Below are positions 36,854 through 47,000 of a DNA stretch of 62,875 bases, in pieces (within the stretch, counting starts at the first letter, position 1; each line of letters starts with the position of its first letter). The DNA comes from Patescibacteria group bacterium. GTDB lineage: Bacteria > Patescibacteriota > Minisyncoccia > Minisyncoccales > PEYH01. Location: positions 1 to 62,875 of the forward strand of contig JAHIFQ010000014.1 in the NCBI GenBank assembly GCA_018900835.1. Direction: 5' to 3'. Both the position numbers and the translations under genes were made by a program. Under the pieces are notes generated by a model, which saw only the letters and a program-made list of their open reading frames with translations, was not told where the DNA came from and ran no database searches.

Positions 36854-36997
36854 TGTTTCCAAGCAAGATTTCATAGCGTTTTCCATCTCGTTTTCTTAAT
36901 AAAACTTTTAGTGTCTTTTTTCTCCATCTCAATTATTTAATAAAATTTCATAGCGTTTTATAACGCGATTTTTTAATAAAATTAAGCATTTCAGGAA

Positions 36998-37108
36998 ATT
37001 ACGAGGCCGGGCCTCGTAATTTTCGTAAAACGCCGGAACCCATACCAGTATTGAGGAATCTCACAACCCGCCCGGGGCGGGTAATTTTTGGGGGAGAGTT
37101 ATCCACAG
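36998..37108 (+). repeat. Dual-hairpin REP-like element copy (b), ends in TTATCCACA
   Basis: attacgaggccgggcctcgtaat...cccgcccggggcgggtaatttttgggggagagttatccacag. Confidence 0.9.
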
Positions 37109-37254
37109 CCCTGAAAAGCTTTTTTAGGGTTTTATAAAATTCATTTTAGGGCGTTGTCGAATCCTTCTTTTTGGCATCGAGAAGCTATTAAACCGCCATG
37201 ATTTATTTGACAACGATTTTAGAAAGTATCAAAATAATATATACCCAAAAAATT

Positions 37255-37641
37255 ATGATAATCAATCCTAAAAAATTATTGAAAAGCTTCCGAGTTGCTT
37301 TTATCGGTCTTCGCATAGGGATTAAAGAGGAGAATACTGTGAGAATCGGAGTAATCATTGCACTAATAGTGGTCTTTTTTATGCTCTATTTCCCGCTTGC
37401 TTTGCAGGAAAGAGCGATAATAACTTTGTGCGTTTTCTTGGTCCTGAGTATTGAGTTAATGAATACTCAAGTAGAAAGAGTAACTAATTTGATAGATAAA
37501 AATCATAATGACGAAATCAGGAAAATCAAAGACCTGGCAGCTGGCGCAGTATTAATGGCCATCATTGGCGCTGGTACAGTGGGAGCATATATTTTTCTGC
37601 CATATATTGTCAGAGCAATATCATCTTTATTTAACCATTAA
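37255..37641 (+). CDS. dgkA: Diacylglycerol/undecaprenol kinase (DgkA family)
   Basis: Start set at MIINPKKLLKSF. ELMNTQVERV and DLAAGAVL motifs. The ORF could extend back to 37198. Confidence 0.75.
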   Translation: MIINPKKLLKSFRVAFIGLRIGIKEENTVRIGVIIALIVVFFMLYFPLALQERAIITLCVFLVLSIELMNTQVERVTNLIDKNHNDEIRKIKDLAAGAVLMAIIGAGTVGAYIFLPYIVRAISSLFNH

Positions 37642-37693
37642 TTAAATCAGCCGTTGAAAGCAATAAAAAAAACTGAAATGGCTGGTCAATAAA

Positions 37694-39070
37694 ATGGAGG
37701 AAAATGAAAATAATAATTTCTGGAAAAGCAAAAATCCTGTAAAAGATAATTTTAGTTTTCCAAAAATAAATTTGGGCAAACTTAAAGGAATTGCAAAAAA
37801 TAAAGGCAAAATAAAAGCCACGCCGGGATTTTTGGCTGTCTTGATAATTCTTGTGGCCATTGTCGCTGGTGGCGCAGGCGCTGTTTTTACTAATTATTAT
37901 TGGCAGAATCAGGTTATTGATATTTTTGAACAGCAAGGTATTCCTATTATCAGTAAAGGCGCGACAATTCAAAATAACTATATCCCCCAGACAACCCAGG
38001 AGCAGAAGATTATAAAAGCAGTCAAGGATTATTCTCCAGCAGTTGTGAGTATTGTTATCAGCAAAGATGTCCCGATTCTTGAAAAATACTATATTGACCC
38101 TTTTGGCGGATTAAACTGGCCGTTTGGCGCTGATTTTCTTGTTCCACAATATCGCGAAAACGGTACAGAGAAACAACAGGTTGGCGGTGGCACTGGATTT
38201 ATTATTTCTTCAGACGGCACAATTCTAACAAATAAACATGTTACTCTTGAAGAGGATGCGGAATACACAGTTTTTTTCAATGATGGTTCAAAATATCCTG
38301 CTAAAATTTTAGCAAAAGACCCGTTCTATGATTTGGCAGTGCTTAAAGTTGACCAATCAGATACTCCTGAAGCAGAGAGAAAAACATTTCCTACTGTGAA
38401 ATTAGGCGACTCTTCCAGTTTACAAATAGGGCAAACAGTAATAGCAATTGGATATGCTTTAGGAGAATTCCAAAACACTGTCTCTGTTGGAGTTGTTTCT
38501 GGATTAGGCAGAAACATCACAGCTACTGGCGGACAAGGTTTTAGCGAAAATTTGGAAGGTATTATCCAAACAGACGCTGCAATTAATCCGGGAAATTCCG
38601 GCGGTCCGCTTTTGAATCTTGCTGGCGAGGTAATTGGAATTAATGTTGCCCGTTCTTCCAGTGGAGAGAATATTGGTTTTAGTTTACCTATCAATATGGC
38701 AAAGAGAGATATTGACCAAGTCAAAAAAACAGGGACAATTGTTTATCCATGGCTGGGCATCTCTTACACTATAATTACCAAAGAAATCAGCGAGGCAAAT
38801 AATTTATCTGTTGATTACGGGGCATGGATTGGCAAGGATTCTTTAGGTAAAGACACAGAAATAGCTGTTGTTTCCGGCAGTCCGGCTGCCAAATTAGGGA
38901 TTAAGAAAAACGATATTATTTTGGAATTCAATGGCGTTAAAATTACTTCAGAGAATCCATTGGCAAAGATTATCTTGGATTATAACCCGAATGATTCTGT
39001 AAATCTCAAAATCTTGAGAGACAAAGAGGACATAACTCTTACAGTTATACTTGGCGAAAGAAAGGAGTAA
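37694..39070 (+). CDS. htrA: HtrA/DegP-family serine protease with PDZ domain
   Basis: Catalytic triad contexts TNKHV, YDLAVLKV, GNSGGPL. C-terminal PDZ domain. Confidence 0.9.
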   Translation: MEENENNNFWKSKNPVKDNFSFPKINLGKLKGIAKNKGKIKATPGFLAVLIILVAIVAGGAGAVFTNYYWQNQVIDIFEQQGIPIISKGATIQNNYIPQTTQEQKIIKAVKDYSPAVVSIVISKDVPILEKYYIDPFGGLNWPFGADFLVPQYRENGTEKQQVGGGTGFIISSDGTILTNKHVTLEEDAEYTVFFNDGSKYPAKILAKDPFYDLAVLKVDQSDTPEAERKTFPTVKLGDSSSLQIGQTVIAIGYALGEFQNTVSVGVVSGLGRNITATGGQGFSENLEGIIQTDAAINPGNSGGPLLNLAGEVIGINVARSSSGENIGFSLPINMAKRDIDQVKKTGTIVYPWLGISYTIITKEISEANNLSVDYGAWIGKDSLGKDTEIAVVSGSPAAKLGIKKNDIILEFNGVKITSENPLAKIILDYNPNDSVNLKILRDKEDITLTVILGERKE

Positions 39071-39174
39071 AAACAAAAAATTTCTGATAATTGGCCTTTT
39101 TAAGGTTGACTTTTGGTGTTTTTTGAGCTTAAATTAAGAGAATGAACAGGAATTTAAATTAATTATTTTAACTT

Positions 39175-41862
39175 ATGTTTGCAAATCCTGGTGGAGATTT
39201 TACACAAAGAGCTCAACAAGCCATTTTGATGGCACAGTCATTAGCTCGAAAAGAAAATCAGCAGCAGATTGACGCGCTGCATCTTTTGTATTCTTTGGTT
39301 AGCCAAGAAGACACGATAGTGTTTACTATTTTGCGTAAGCTAAAGATTGCTGTTCCTGATTTAAAGAATAAAATACTTAAGGCGATTAAATTAAGAAAGA
39401 ATCTGCCAAATCTTGACGATTTTGAAGACCAGCCAATGGGACTCCAGTTTTATTTAACCCAGGACTTGGCAGCAGTTCTTGATAGGGCGAGAAAAGAATC
39501 AATCAGGATGAAAGACCAATTTATTTCAGTGGAGCATCTTTTCCTTGCTTTGCTCGAAGTTGTTTCCGAAGCAAAAAATATCTTGTCTTTTTATGGTTCA
39601 GTAGGCCTTGATTATAATGCTATTTTGAAACTTTTATCAGAGATAAGGGGCGGGGAGAATATCACTGACCCAGACCCAGAGTCAAAATATCAAGTGATTG
39701 AAAAATATTGTAAAAATCTCACTAAATTGGCTGAAGAAGGAAAGCTTGACCCGGTGATTGGCAGAGAGAATGAAATTAAAAGGGTAATTCAAATTCTTTC
39801 CAGGCGGACAAAAAATAATCCGGTTTTAATAGGCGAGGCAGGCGTTGGCAAAACAGCTATTGTTGAGGGCTTGGCGCAAAGGATTATAAAAGGGGATGCT
39901 CCGGAGAGTTTGAAGAATAAAGAGATTATTGCCCTTGATTTAGGCCTTTTGATTGCAGGAACAAAATTTCGCGGAGAGTTTGAACAAAGAATGAAAGCGC
40001 TTTTAAGGGAAATTGAACGCGCCAAAGACCGGTATTTTCTTTTTATAGACGAGCTTCATACTGTTATGGGAGCAGGAGCGGCAGAGGGTGCGATTGACGC
40101 TTCTAATTTATTGAAACCAGCGCTTAGCCGCGGGCAATTGAGAGCAGTCGGGGCAACCACTTTGAAAGAGTATCAGAAATACATTGAAAGAGACCCAGCT
40201 CTTGAAAGAAGATTTATGCCTGTATTTGTTGTTGAGCCGAGCATAGAAGATACAATTGCGATCTTAAGAGGCATTAAGAAGAAATACGAGCTTTATCACG
40301 GCGTGAAAATAAGGGATTCTGCGTTGATTGCTGCTGCCGAACTTTCTGCCAGATATATTGCAGATAGATTTTTGCCTGATAAAGCAGTGGATTTAATGGA
40401 CGAAGCCGCCTCTGGGTTGCGCTTGGAAATGGAATCAGAGCCAGCAGAAGTGGAGGAAGTGAAGAAAGAAATGCAACGGTTGACCATTGAAAAAGAGGCA
40501 TTAAAAAATGAGCAGGATTCTGCTTCAAAAAGGAGATTGTCTGTTTGCCTCCGGGCATTGGCTGACTTGAAAGAAAAAGAGAAAGCCCTGGAGATGAAAT
40601 GGAAAATAGAGAAGGACTTAATTCAGGTTTTGAAAGTTTTAAAAACAGATAATGAAAGATTGGATTTTGAGGCCGAGGTGGCGGAGCGCGAAGGGGATTT
40701 GGAAAAAGTAGCGCGTATTAAATACGGATTGATACCGAATGTTCTAAAAGAGATTCAGAAAAAAGAACAGGAGCTTACAAATTTTAGAAAAAAGAATCAG
40801 GTTTTAAAAGAAGATGTCGGGGAAGAAGATATTGCCCGAGTGGTTTCGCGTTGGACAGGGATTCCAGCTACCAATTTATTAGAAGAAGAGGCTAAAAAGT
40901 TGGTAAGAATGGAAGGTTCTATTTCTCGCAGGGTAATAGGTCAAGAACAGGCGATAGAAGCTATTTCTAATGCCATTAGGCGCAGTCGGGCAGGGATTGC
41001 AGAAGAGAATAGGCCACTTGGTTCGTTCATATTTTTAGGTCCCACTGGCGTCGGAAAAACCGAGACAGCCAAGGCATTAGCAGAGTTTTTATTTAATGAC
41101 GAGAACGCCTTGATTCGTTTGGATATGTCAGAATATATGGAACGCCACAGCATATCTAAGATGATTGGTTCGCCTCCGGGCTATGTCGGATATGAAGAAG
41201 CTGGACAGCTCACAGAGAAAATAAGGAGAAGGCCTTATAGTGTTTTACTTTTGGATGAAATAGAAAAAGCTCATCCAGAGGTTTTTAATATTTTGCTTCA
41301 AATTTTAGAGGACGGACGGCTCACTGACGCAAAAGGCAGACCTGTCTCGTTCAAAAATACTATTATTATTATGACTTCTAATCTTGGTTCGGAATATATT
41401 GCCAAAATGGGCACAATGGGCTTTATAAATGATGATAAGGAAGAATATCAAACCTTGAAGGACAGGGTTAATGAGGCATTGAAAGAAAGTTTCAGGCCAG
41501 AGTTTTTGAACAGGGTTGATGAGACGATTATCTTTAATTATCTTAGTAAAAGTCAGATTCAGGAAATTGTTGTGCTTGAGCTTGCCAAGGTTTCAAAACG
41601 GCTTGAGAGAAAAGGGATAAAATTGAGAGCAGACAAGGAAGTAAAAGAATTATTGGCGGAAAAGGGATTTGATATGAATTTGGGAGCCCGGCCATTAAAA
41701 AGGGTAATCCAGAAATTTATTCTTGACCCGCTTTCCTTGAAAATTGTGATTGGGGAAACAAAACAAGGGGAGACAGTTAATTTGACCGCAAAAGCAGGGA
41801 AAATCATTTTTAATTCTTTAAGACCATTGTCAAAGAAAAGAGAAGGAGTTAGAATAAAATAA
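39175..41862 (+). CDS. clpB: ClpB disaggregase
   Basis: 895 aa. Walker A GEAGVGKT and GPTGVGKT, with a long middle coiled coil. Confidence 0.97.
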   Translation: MFANPGGDFTQRAQQAILMAQSLARKENQQQIDALHLLYSLVSQEDTIVFTILRKLKIAVPDLKNKILKAIKLRKNLPNLDDFEDQPMGLQFYLTQDLAAVLDRARKESIRMKDQFISVEHLFLALLEVVSEAKNILSFYGSVGLDYNAILKLLSEIRGGENITDPDPESKYQVIEKYCKNLTKLAEEGKLDPVIGRENEIKRVIQILSRRTKNNPVLIGEAGVGKTAIVEGLAQRIIKGDAPESLKNKEIIALDLGLLIAGTKFRGEFEQRMKALLREIERAKDRYFLFIDELHTVMGAGAAEGAIDASNLLKPALSRGQLRAVGATTLKEYQKYIERDPALERRFMPVFVVEPSIEDTIAILRGIKKKYELYHGVKIRDSALIAAAELSARYIADRFLPDKAVDLMDEAASGLRLEMESEPAEVEEVKKEMQRLTIEKEALKNEQDSASKRRLSVCLRALADLKEKEKALEMKWKIEKDLIQVLKVLKTDNERLDFEAEVAEREGDLEKVARIKYGLIPNVLKEIQKKEQELTNFRKKNQVLKEDVGEEDIARVVSRWTGIPATNLLEEEAKKLVRMEGSISRRVIGQEQAIEAISNAIRRSRAGIAEENRPLGSFIFLGPTGVGKTETAKALAEFLFNDENALIRLDMSEYMERHSISKMIGSPPGYVGYEEAGQLTEKIRRRPYSVLLLDEIEKAHPEVFNILLQILEDGRLTDAKGRPVSFKNTIIIMTSNLGSEYIAKMGTMGFINDDKEEYQTLKDRVNEALKESFRPEFLNRVDETIIFNYLSKSQIQEIVVLELAKVSKRLERKGIKLRADKEVKELLAEKGFDMNLGARPLKRVIQKFILDPLSLKIVIGETKQGETVNLTAKAGKIIFNSLRPLSKKREGVRIK

Positions 41863-42195
41863 TTGAGTTTAGGTTTGAGAATCTGAAGGACTCGGATTTT
41901 TTGGCCTGAACTCAAGAATCTTGAGTGATGGAATCTCTGTATGGGAGGTGATTGACTTCGAAGAGGAGTTGATAGAGGTAGAGAGCATAGACAAGAGGTG
42001 ATGCACAATGATTGTCTCGGTTTCAGGATTTACATAGCAGGACTCGGTGTTACGAGAATCTTCTACTCGACCATTATCGGGGCGCCTACGGCGCCCCGAA
42101 AGGAAAACTCAATCGTTCTTTGACAACCTCATCGCTTTCTCATATGCATATCTCCGAGAACTATCTTGTAGAGTCATCTCCGAGAAACCCGCCAA

Positions 42196-42227
42196 GAGGC
42201 AGACCCCTGCCTCTATTTTCTTTTTTT
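42196..42227 (+). terminator. Intrinsic terminator closing the clpB 3' non-coding block
   Basis: GAGGCAG-ACCC-CTGCCTC followed by TATTTTCTTTTTTT. Confidence 0.7.
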
Positions 42228-42274
42228 AATATAAAATCTGCCGAGATCGTTTCTCGGCAAAACTTAAAAGAGTA

Positions 42275-42385
42275 ATTACGAGGCCGGGCCTCGTAATTTT
42301 CGTGAAATGGCGGAAGCCATACCAGTATTGAGGATTCTCACAACCCGCCCAGGGCGGGTAATTTTTGGGGGAAAGTTATCCACAG
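42275..42385 (+). repeat. Dual-hairpin REP-like element copy (c), ends in TTATCCACA
   Basis: 111 nt, 110/111 identical to copy (e). Lies 46 nt upstream of the Y1 transposase gene. Confidence 0.92.
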
Positions 42386-42430
42386 GGTATTAATTATTAA
42401 AAATACTCTATTATAGGGTATTATATATGT

Positions 42431-43141
42431 ATGCCGAGAAGAAAAACCGAATTAATTAATGGTGAATTTTACCATATTATAGAGCGAGGAAATGATAGGC
42501 GCAAAATTTTTTTAGATAATGAAGATCGCCTTCGTTTTGTTAATAGTTTATTGGTTTTTAACGACACAGCGCCATCGCCTTGGCAATCTCGCGCTTTTTG
42601 GAAAAAACAGAAAGAATTGTTAAAAATGGACTATAAACCCAAAAATCCATTAGTCGAAATTCATGCGTTTGCTCTCATGGATAATCATTTTCATATCCTT
42701 GTCCGCCAGTTGACGGAAAATGGCATAACAAATTACACAAGAAAACTCGGCGGTTATGCGTATTATTTTAATAAAAAACACAAAAGAACAGGATCTCTTT
42801 TTGAGGGAAGATTCAGGGCTAAGCTTATTCAGACAGAAGTGCAATTAAGAAATAATTTTGTTTATATAAAAACGAATCCGGTTGAGATGGTGGAACCAGA
42901 ATGGAAATCTTGGAAAGTTGTAGATTCTAAACAGGCCACAGATTTTTTAGAAAAAGATTATCGCTGGTCAAGCTACTGGGATTATTTGGGAAAAAATAAT
43001 TTTTCATCTTTAGTTAAAAAAGATTTTTTCTTGAAATTGTTTGATGGAGAACAAAATATTCAGAAGGAAATAAATTCTTGGATATCATCTAAATCAAGTG
43101 TTTTTTCCAGAGGAATGGACAAAGTAGATTTCTTAGAATAA
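42431..43141 (+). CDS. rayT: Y1/HUH tyrosine transposase, IS200-like / REP-associated (RAYT-like)
   Basis: 236 aa. HUH motif DNHFHILV and catalytic-Tyr context NNFVYIKTNPVE. Flanked on both sides by the 111-nt element. Confidence 0.8.
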   Translation: MPRRKTELINGEFYHIIERGNDRRKIFLDNEDRLRFVNSLLVFNDTAPSPWQSRAFWKKQKELLKMDYKPKNPLVEIHAFALMDNHFHILVRQLTENGITNYTRKLGGYAYYFNKKHKRTGSLFEGRFRAKLIQTEVQLRNNFVYIKTNPVEMVEPEWKSWKVVDSKQATDFLEKDYRWSSYWDYLGKNNFSSLVKKDFFLKLFDGEQNIQKEINSWISSKSSVFSRGMDKVDFLE

Positions 43142-43219
43142 TTTATTTCATTTTTCAGAATAATTCATTTTTAATATTTTTTAGAGTAATTTTGGCTCAA
43201 AATTTATTCAATTTTTACG

Positions 43220-43330
43220 ATTACGAGGCCGGGCCTCGTAATTTTCGTGAAATGGCGGAAGTCACGCCAGTATTGAGGATTCTCACAACCCGCCCTGGGC
43301 GGGTAATTTTTGGGGGAAAGTTATCCACAG
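43220..43330 (+). repeat. Dual-hairpin REP-like element copy (d), ends in TTATCCACA
   Basis: 111 nt, 108/111 identical to copy (e). Lies 78 nt downstream of the transposase stop. Confidence 0.92.
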
Positions 43331-43382
43331 ATGTTTTGATGTTTTTATTTGGTTTAATCCATAAAATGCTTTACAATTTTTT

Positions 43383-43448
43383 AATATCCTTCTTTAATAT
43401 CCTTCTTTAATATCTTTTTTTAATATCCTTCTTTAATATCCTTATTTT
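43383..43448 (+). repeat. Five tandem AT-rich 13-mers (aatatccttcttt)
   Basis: Read directly. Ends 10 nt before the ATG at 43459. Confidence 0.9.
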
Positions 43449-43458
43449 AATTAAAATT

Positions 43459-44067
43459 ATGAAAAAGAAATTTTATCTTTTTATTGTTTTGGGGATTTTT
43501 ACTTTAGCCATAATTGGCGTTTTATTGTATTGGGGCTTGAGTGAGGACAAAAATAGGGTGACGCCAGGAGTTAAATTTGAAGCGCCGAAATATTATGTTA
43601 TAAAAGACGGGCCAGATGGCAAGATTGTGGAAAACAAACATGCTGGAATAACTTTCAAAGCGCCAGAAGGATGGAATGTTGAGAAAAAAGAAATAGGGTC
43701 GGATGAGTGGATAGTGAATTTTACTAGTCCAGACGCAACAGTGAGTGAGTCCGGGCTTTTGACGGGTGGTTGTGGGATTAGTGCCTTAATAGAATATCAT
43801 GAAGCAACATTTCGGAGCGTTGTTGATAGAATCAACGATCCAGATAGGTACTCTAAAGAGATATCAGGCAATTATGAGGTTATTAATATAGATGGACACC
43901 AAGCACTTAAAAGAACATTGGACCGTCCAGAATGGGGAATGGCAGTCATGATTCAATTGCCTTTTCAGGACAAGATATTTTCATTTGATACCTTGTTTCT
44001 TCCGAGTGAAGGACAGAGATGTTCTAGCTTGATTGATGAATTTTTGGCAGAAATCTCAATTATTTGA
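43459..44067 (+). CDS. Hypothetical membrane-anchored or secreted protein
   Basis: 202 aa with an N-terminal hydrophobic helix. No recognisable family. Confidence 0.5.
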   Translation: MKKKFYLFIVLGIFTLAIIGVLLYWGLSEDKNRVTPGVKFEAPKYYVIKDGPDGKIVENKHAGITFKAPEGWNVEKKEIGSDEWIVNFTSPDATVSESGLLTGGCGISALIEYHEATFRSVVDRINDPDRYSKEISGNYEVINIDGHQALKRTLDRPEWGMAVMIQLPFQDKIFSFDTLFLPSEGQRCSSLIDEFLAEISII

Positions 44068-44085
44068 TAAATTTTGAGGGAGGAT

Positions 44086-47000
44086 ATGAAAAAAATATAT
44101 TTCTCATTAATTTTTTTAATTTTATTATTAGGAAGTTTTTTATTTAGACCATTATCTATATTTGCGATTGATAATAAAGAATTGACGCAAGAGGAATTAG
44201 ATTCATATATTAAATTAAGCGACACAGACAGAAGAGACATATTGAATACCTTGCCGCAGGTCTTTACTGAAGAATGGATGGACTCTATTGTCCGCGTTGC
44301 GATACCAGAGAAAGAGGCCATAAGTCTTATTATAAGACAAGCGGTCAGGGGGCACATGAGGGATTATTTATTAATTGAGGGACCAAGGGATGTTGGAATA
44401 GAAATTGTAAAATTAGGGTTTAAAATCGGGCAAATGTTTTTGACGAAAAATATTAGTATTAGTGATTTAATCAGCGAATTAGAGAAACTAACAATTAAAG
44501 AATCAGTAAATTATTTGAGCCAATGGCTTAAAGAAAAAGAAATCAAAATAGCAACAGGAAATCTGGATTTTTCCTATGATAATTTTCAAAACAAAAAAGA
44601 AAAACATCAATTTCAATATATTATTCTGTATTCTCCAGAAACCGATGATACTGGGGAAATGGTGATAAAGATTTTTTCTTCTGAACAAATGAGTGCGCCT
44701 GGCTCTTTTGGATCTTTTGCTGGTGGATGGGGAACCGCTTGGAATTATACTAATGAATATGCGCAGGGCAAGAAAATTGCCCCTTTTATTTTAACAATAC
44801 GCGGAGAAATGGAGAGAGCGCGCGTTGGATACTGGCAAAGCGAAATTACTCATAATTATTCTTGGAAATATCAGCCCGAAATTGAACTTGAGTTTCCTCG
44901 CACTGTTCCGTATTTTGATTTTCGCGAAAAAGGATTTTTTGAAAAGCTCGGAGACCAAATCAAAGAATTTTTTGGAAGAATAGGCGACCTTTTCTCTGGG
45001 GCTTCGTTGACAGGAGTTCCTGATATAGAAAAGAATCAAGATGGGACAATAGATTTGTCCGCGGACAGCGCATTAGGTAAATTTATTGCCAATATACTGG
45101 AACAATTTCGCGCTTTCAGGTCTCTTCTTGGGCAAGCTCAGCTTGATGCTTTAGAAAATCAGGTTCAAGACACAATGACAGAGGATGATTTATTAGCGCT
45201 TTTGGAAAAAATTGAATCTTTACAAGCGCAATTGGCTGCAATGGGAGAGAAAATTAATCTTTTACAGGCCGGAGTGGGAACATCTTCGGACACGACAGAG
45301 CTTAATCCCGCGCAAAACCAGCAAACCAAACAAAATATTTTGATAAATGAGGTTTGCGCTGGCATCAACAATTCTCAAAACGAATTTATTGAAATTTATA
45401 ACCCGAATAATACGCCAATTGATATAAGCGATGATAGTTTTCAACTTCAATTAGTAAGTTCAAGCGACAATGTGACAAAGAAAAAGATTACCTGGACCAA
45501 GAATATTATTCCGGCAAAAGGATATTTTCTCCTGATAGGCGGGGAATTGATAATTAATAATGAGAAAATTCAGGGAGATGCAGTGTTCAGTAGTCAATTG
45601 ACGAGTGTGAGTGGAATTATTCTTTCAGACAAAGAGGGGAATATTTTGGATAAAGTAAGCTGGGGAAGTCCAGAAAAATCACCGCCACAGTCCGCTGTAG
45701 AAAAGCGGGGGAAAATATTACAAAAAGGACTTGAGACCAATAATAGCTTAGAGCGTTCTAACTACATTGACACTAATAATAATTCTGCAGATTTTTCGCT
45801 CAATGAATCGCCTTCACCAGCCAATTCTTTGGGAGAGGAATTTATTTACACCATTCAAGGACAAGGTGGCAATGGCAATGGCGATGATGGCGATGGTGAT
45901 GGCGAAGAAGAGGATGGTCAGTCCGAAAACTCTGACCAACAGCAGAATATTTCTGGCGGAGGCAGCTCTAATAGGCCTATTTGTTCACAGGATAGATTGG
46001 ATAGCCCTGCCAATTCCCCGATTATCATTAACGAGATTGCGTGGATGGGAAGTGAGGCAGGATACATTAATGAATGGATTGAGTTGAAAAATATTTCCGA
46101 TTCTGCAATAAATTTAGAAAATTGGCAACTTTTGGATAAAGCAGAGAACATCCGTATTACATTCAGCGCGAATCACGCCATCCCTGCCCACGGATTTTAT
46201 CTTTTGGAGCGAAGCGACGATGAAGTTGTGCCGAGCGTAAGCGCTGATGTCATTTATACTGGCGCTTTAGCTAATAGCAACGAGAGTTTGCGTCTATTTA
46301 ACAGTAATTGCGATTTAATTGACGAGGTAATGGCAAGCCCGGATTGGTCTGCTGGAGATAACGACACAAAACAGACAATGGAAAGAGGAGATGACCTGTT
46401 GTGGCATGATTATAGCGGACAAGGAAGCGACGGGATTATGGGAACGCCGAGGGCGGAAAATAGCGAAATTATTATTAACAACCAAGGTGAAAATAATGAA
46501 GATGAAGAGGACGATGGAGATGATGGAGATGATGAAGATGAAGAGGACGATGGAGATGATGAAGATGATGAAGATGATGGAAGCGGTGATGATTCAGTTT
46601 CCGCTATAGGATTGGTTATTTCTGAAGTTAGAGCTGCTGGTATTGAAGAATTTATTGAGATCTATAATCCGCTTGAGCAAGAGATTTCTCTTGTTGGGTT
46701 TTATTTCAGTTATTTTTCCGCTGGCCGCGATTGGAATAATCCATTTTTAAACAAAGAGTTTCCGACAAGCACACCTGTGATTGGCGCAAAAGAATATTTT
46801 CTAATAGGATTGGGCGATTATTTAGAAGAAGAATCGGATTGGAAGCCGAATCAAACCAATTTAAGTAGCGACAATGGCGCTGTTGCTTTATTCTCTTGCG
46901 ACCCAAGTCAGGCAACCACTACTCAAATGGCAATAGATTGCAAAATTGACGCTGTTGGCTGGGGCGAACCGCTTGTTTTTGAAACACAGGCAGCAACGAG

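Noticed and set aside
39070-39175. CIRCE/HrcA operator upstream of clpB
   Set aside because: There is no TTAGCACTC-N9-GAGTGCTAA-like inverted repeat. Only a plausible TTGACT...TTAAAT promoter is present.
42012-42275. ORFs of 87 and 60 aa in the clpB downstream block
   Set aside because: They have no RBS, they overlap each other in different frames, and they span a terminator and hairpins, which is consistent with non-coding sequence.
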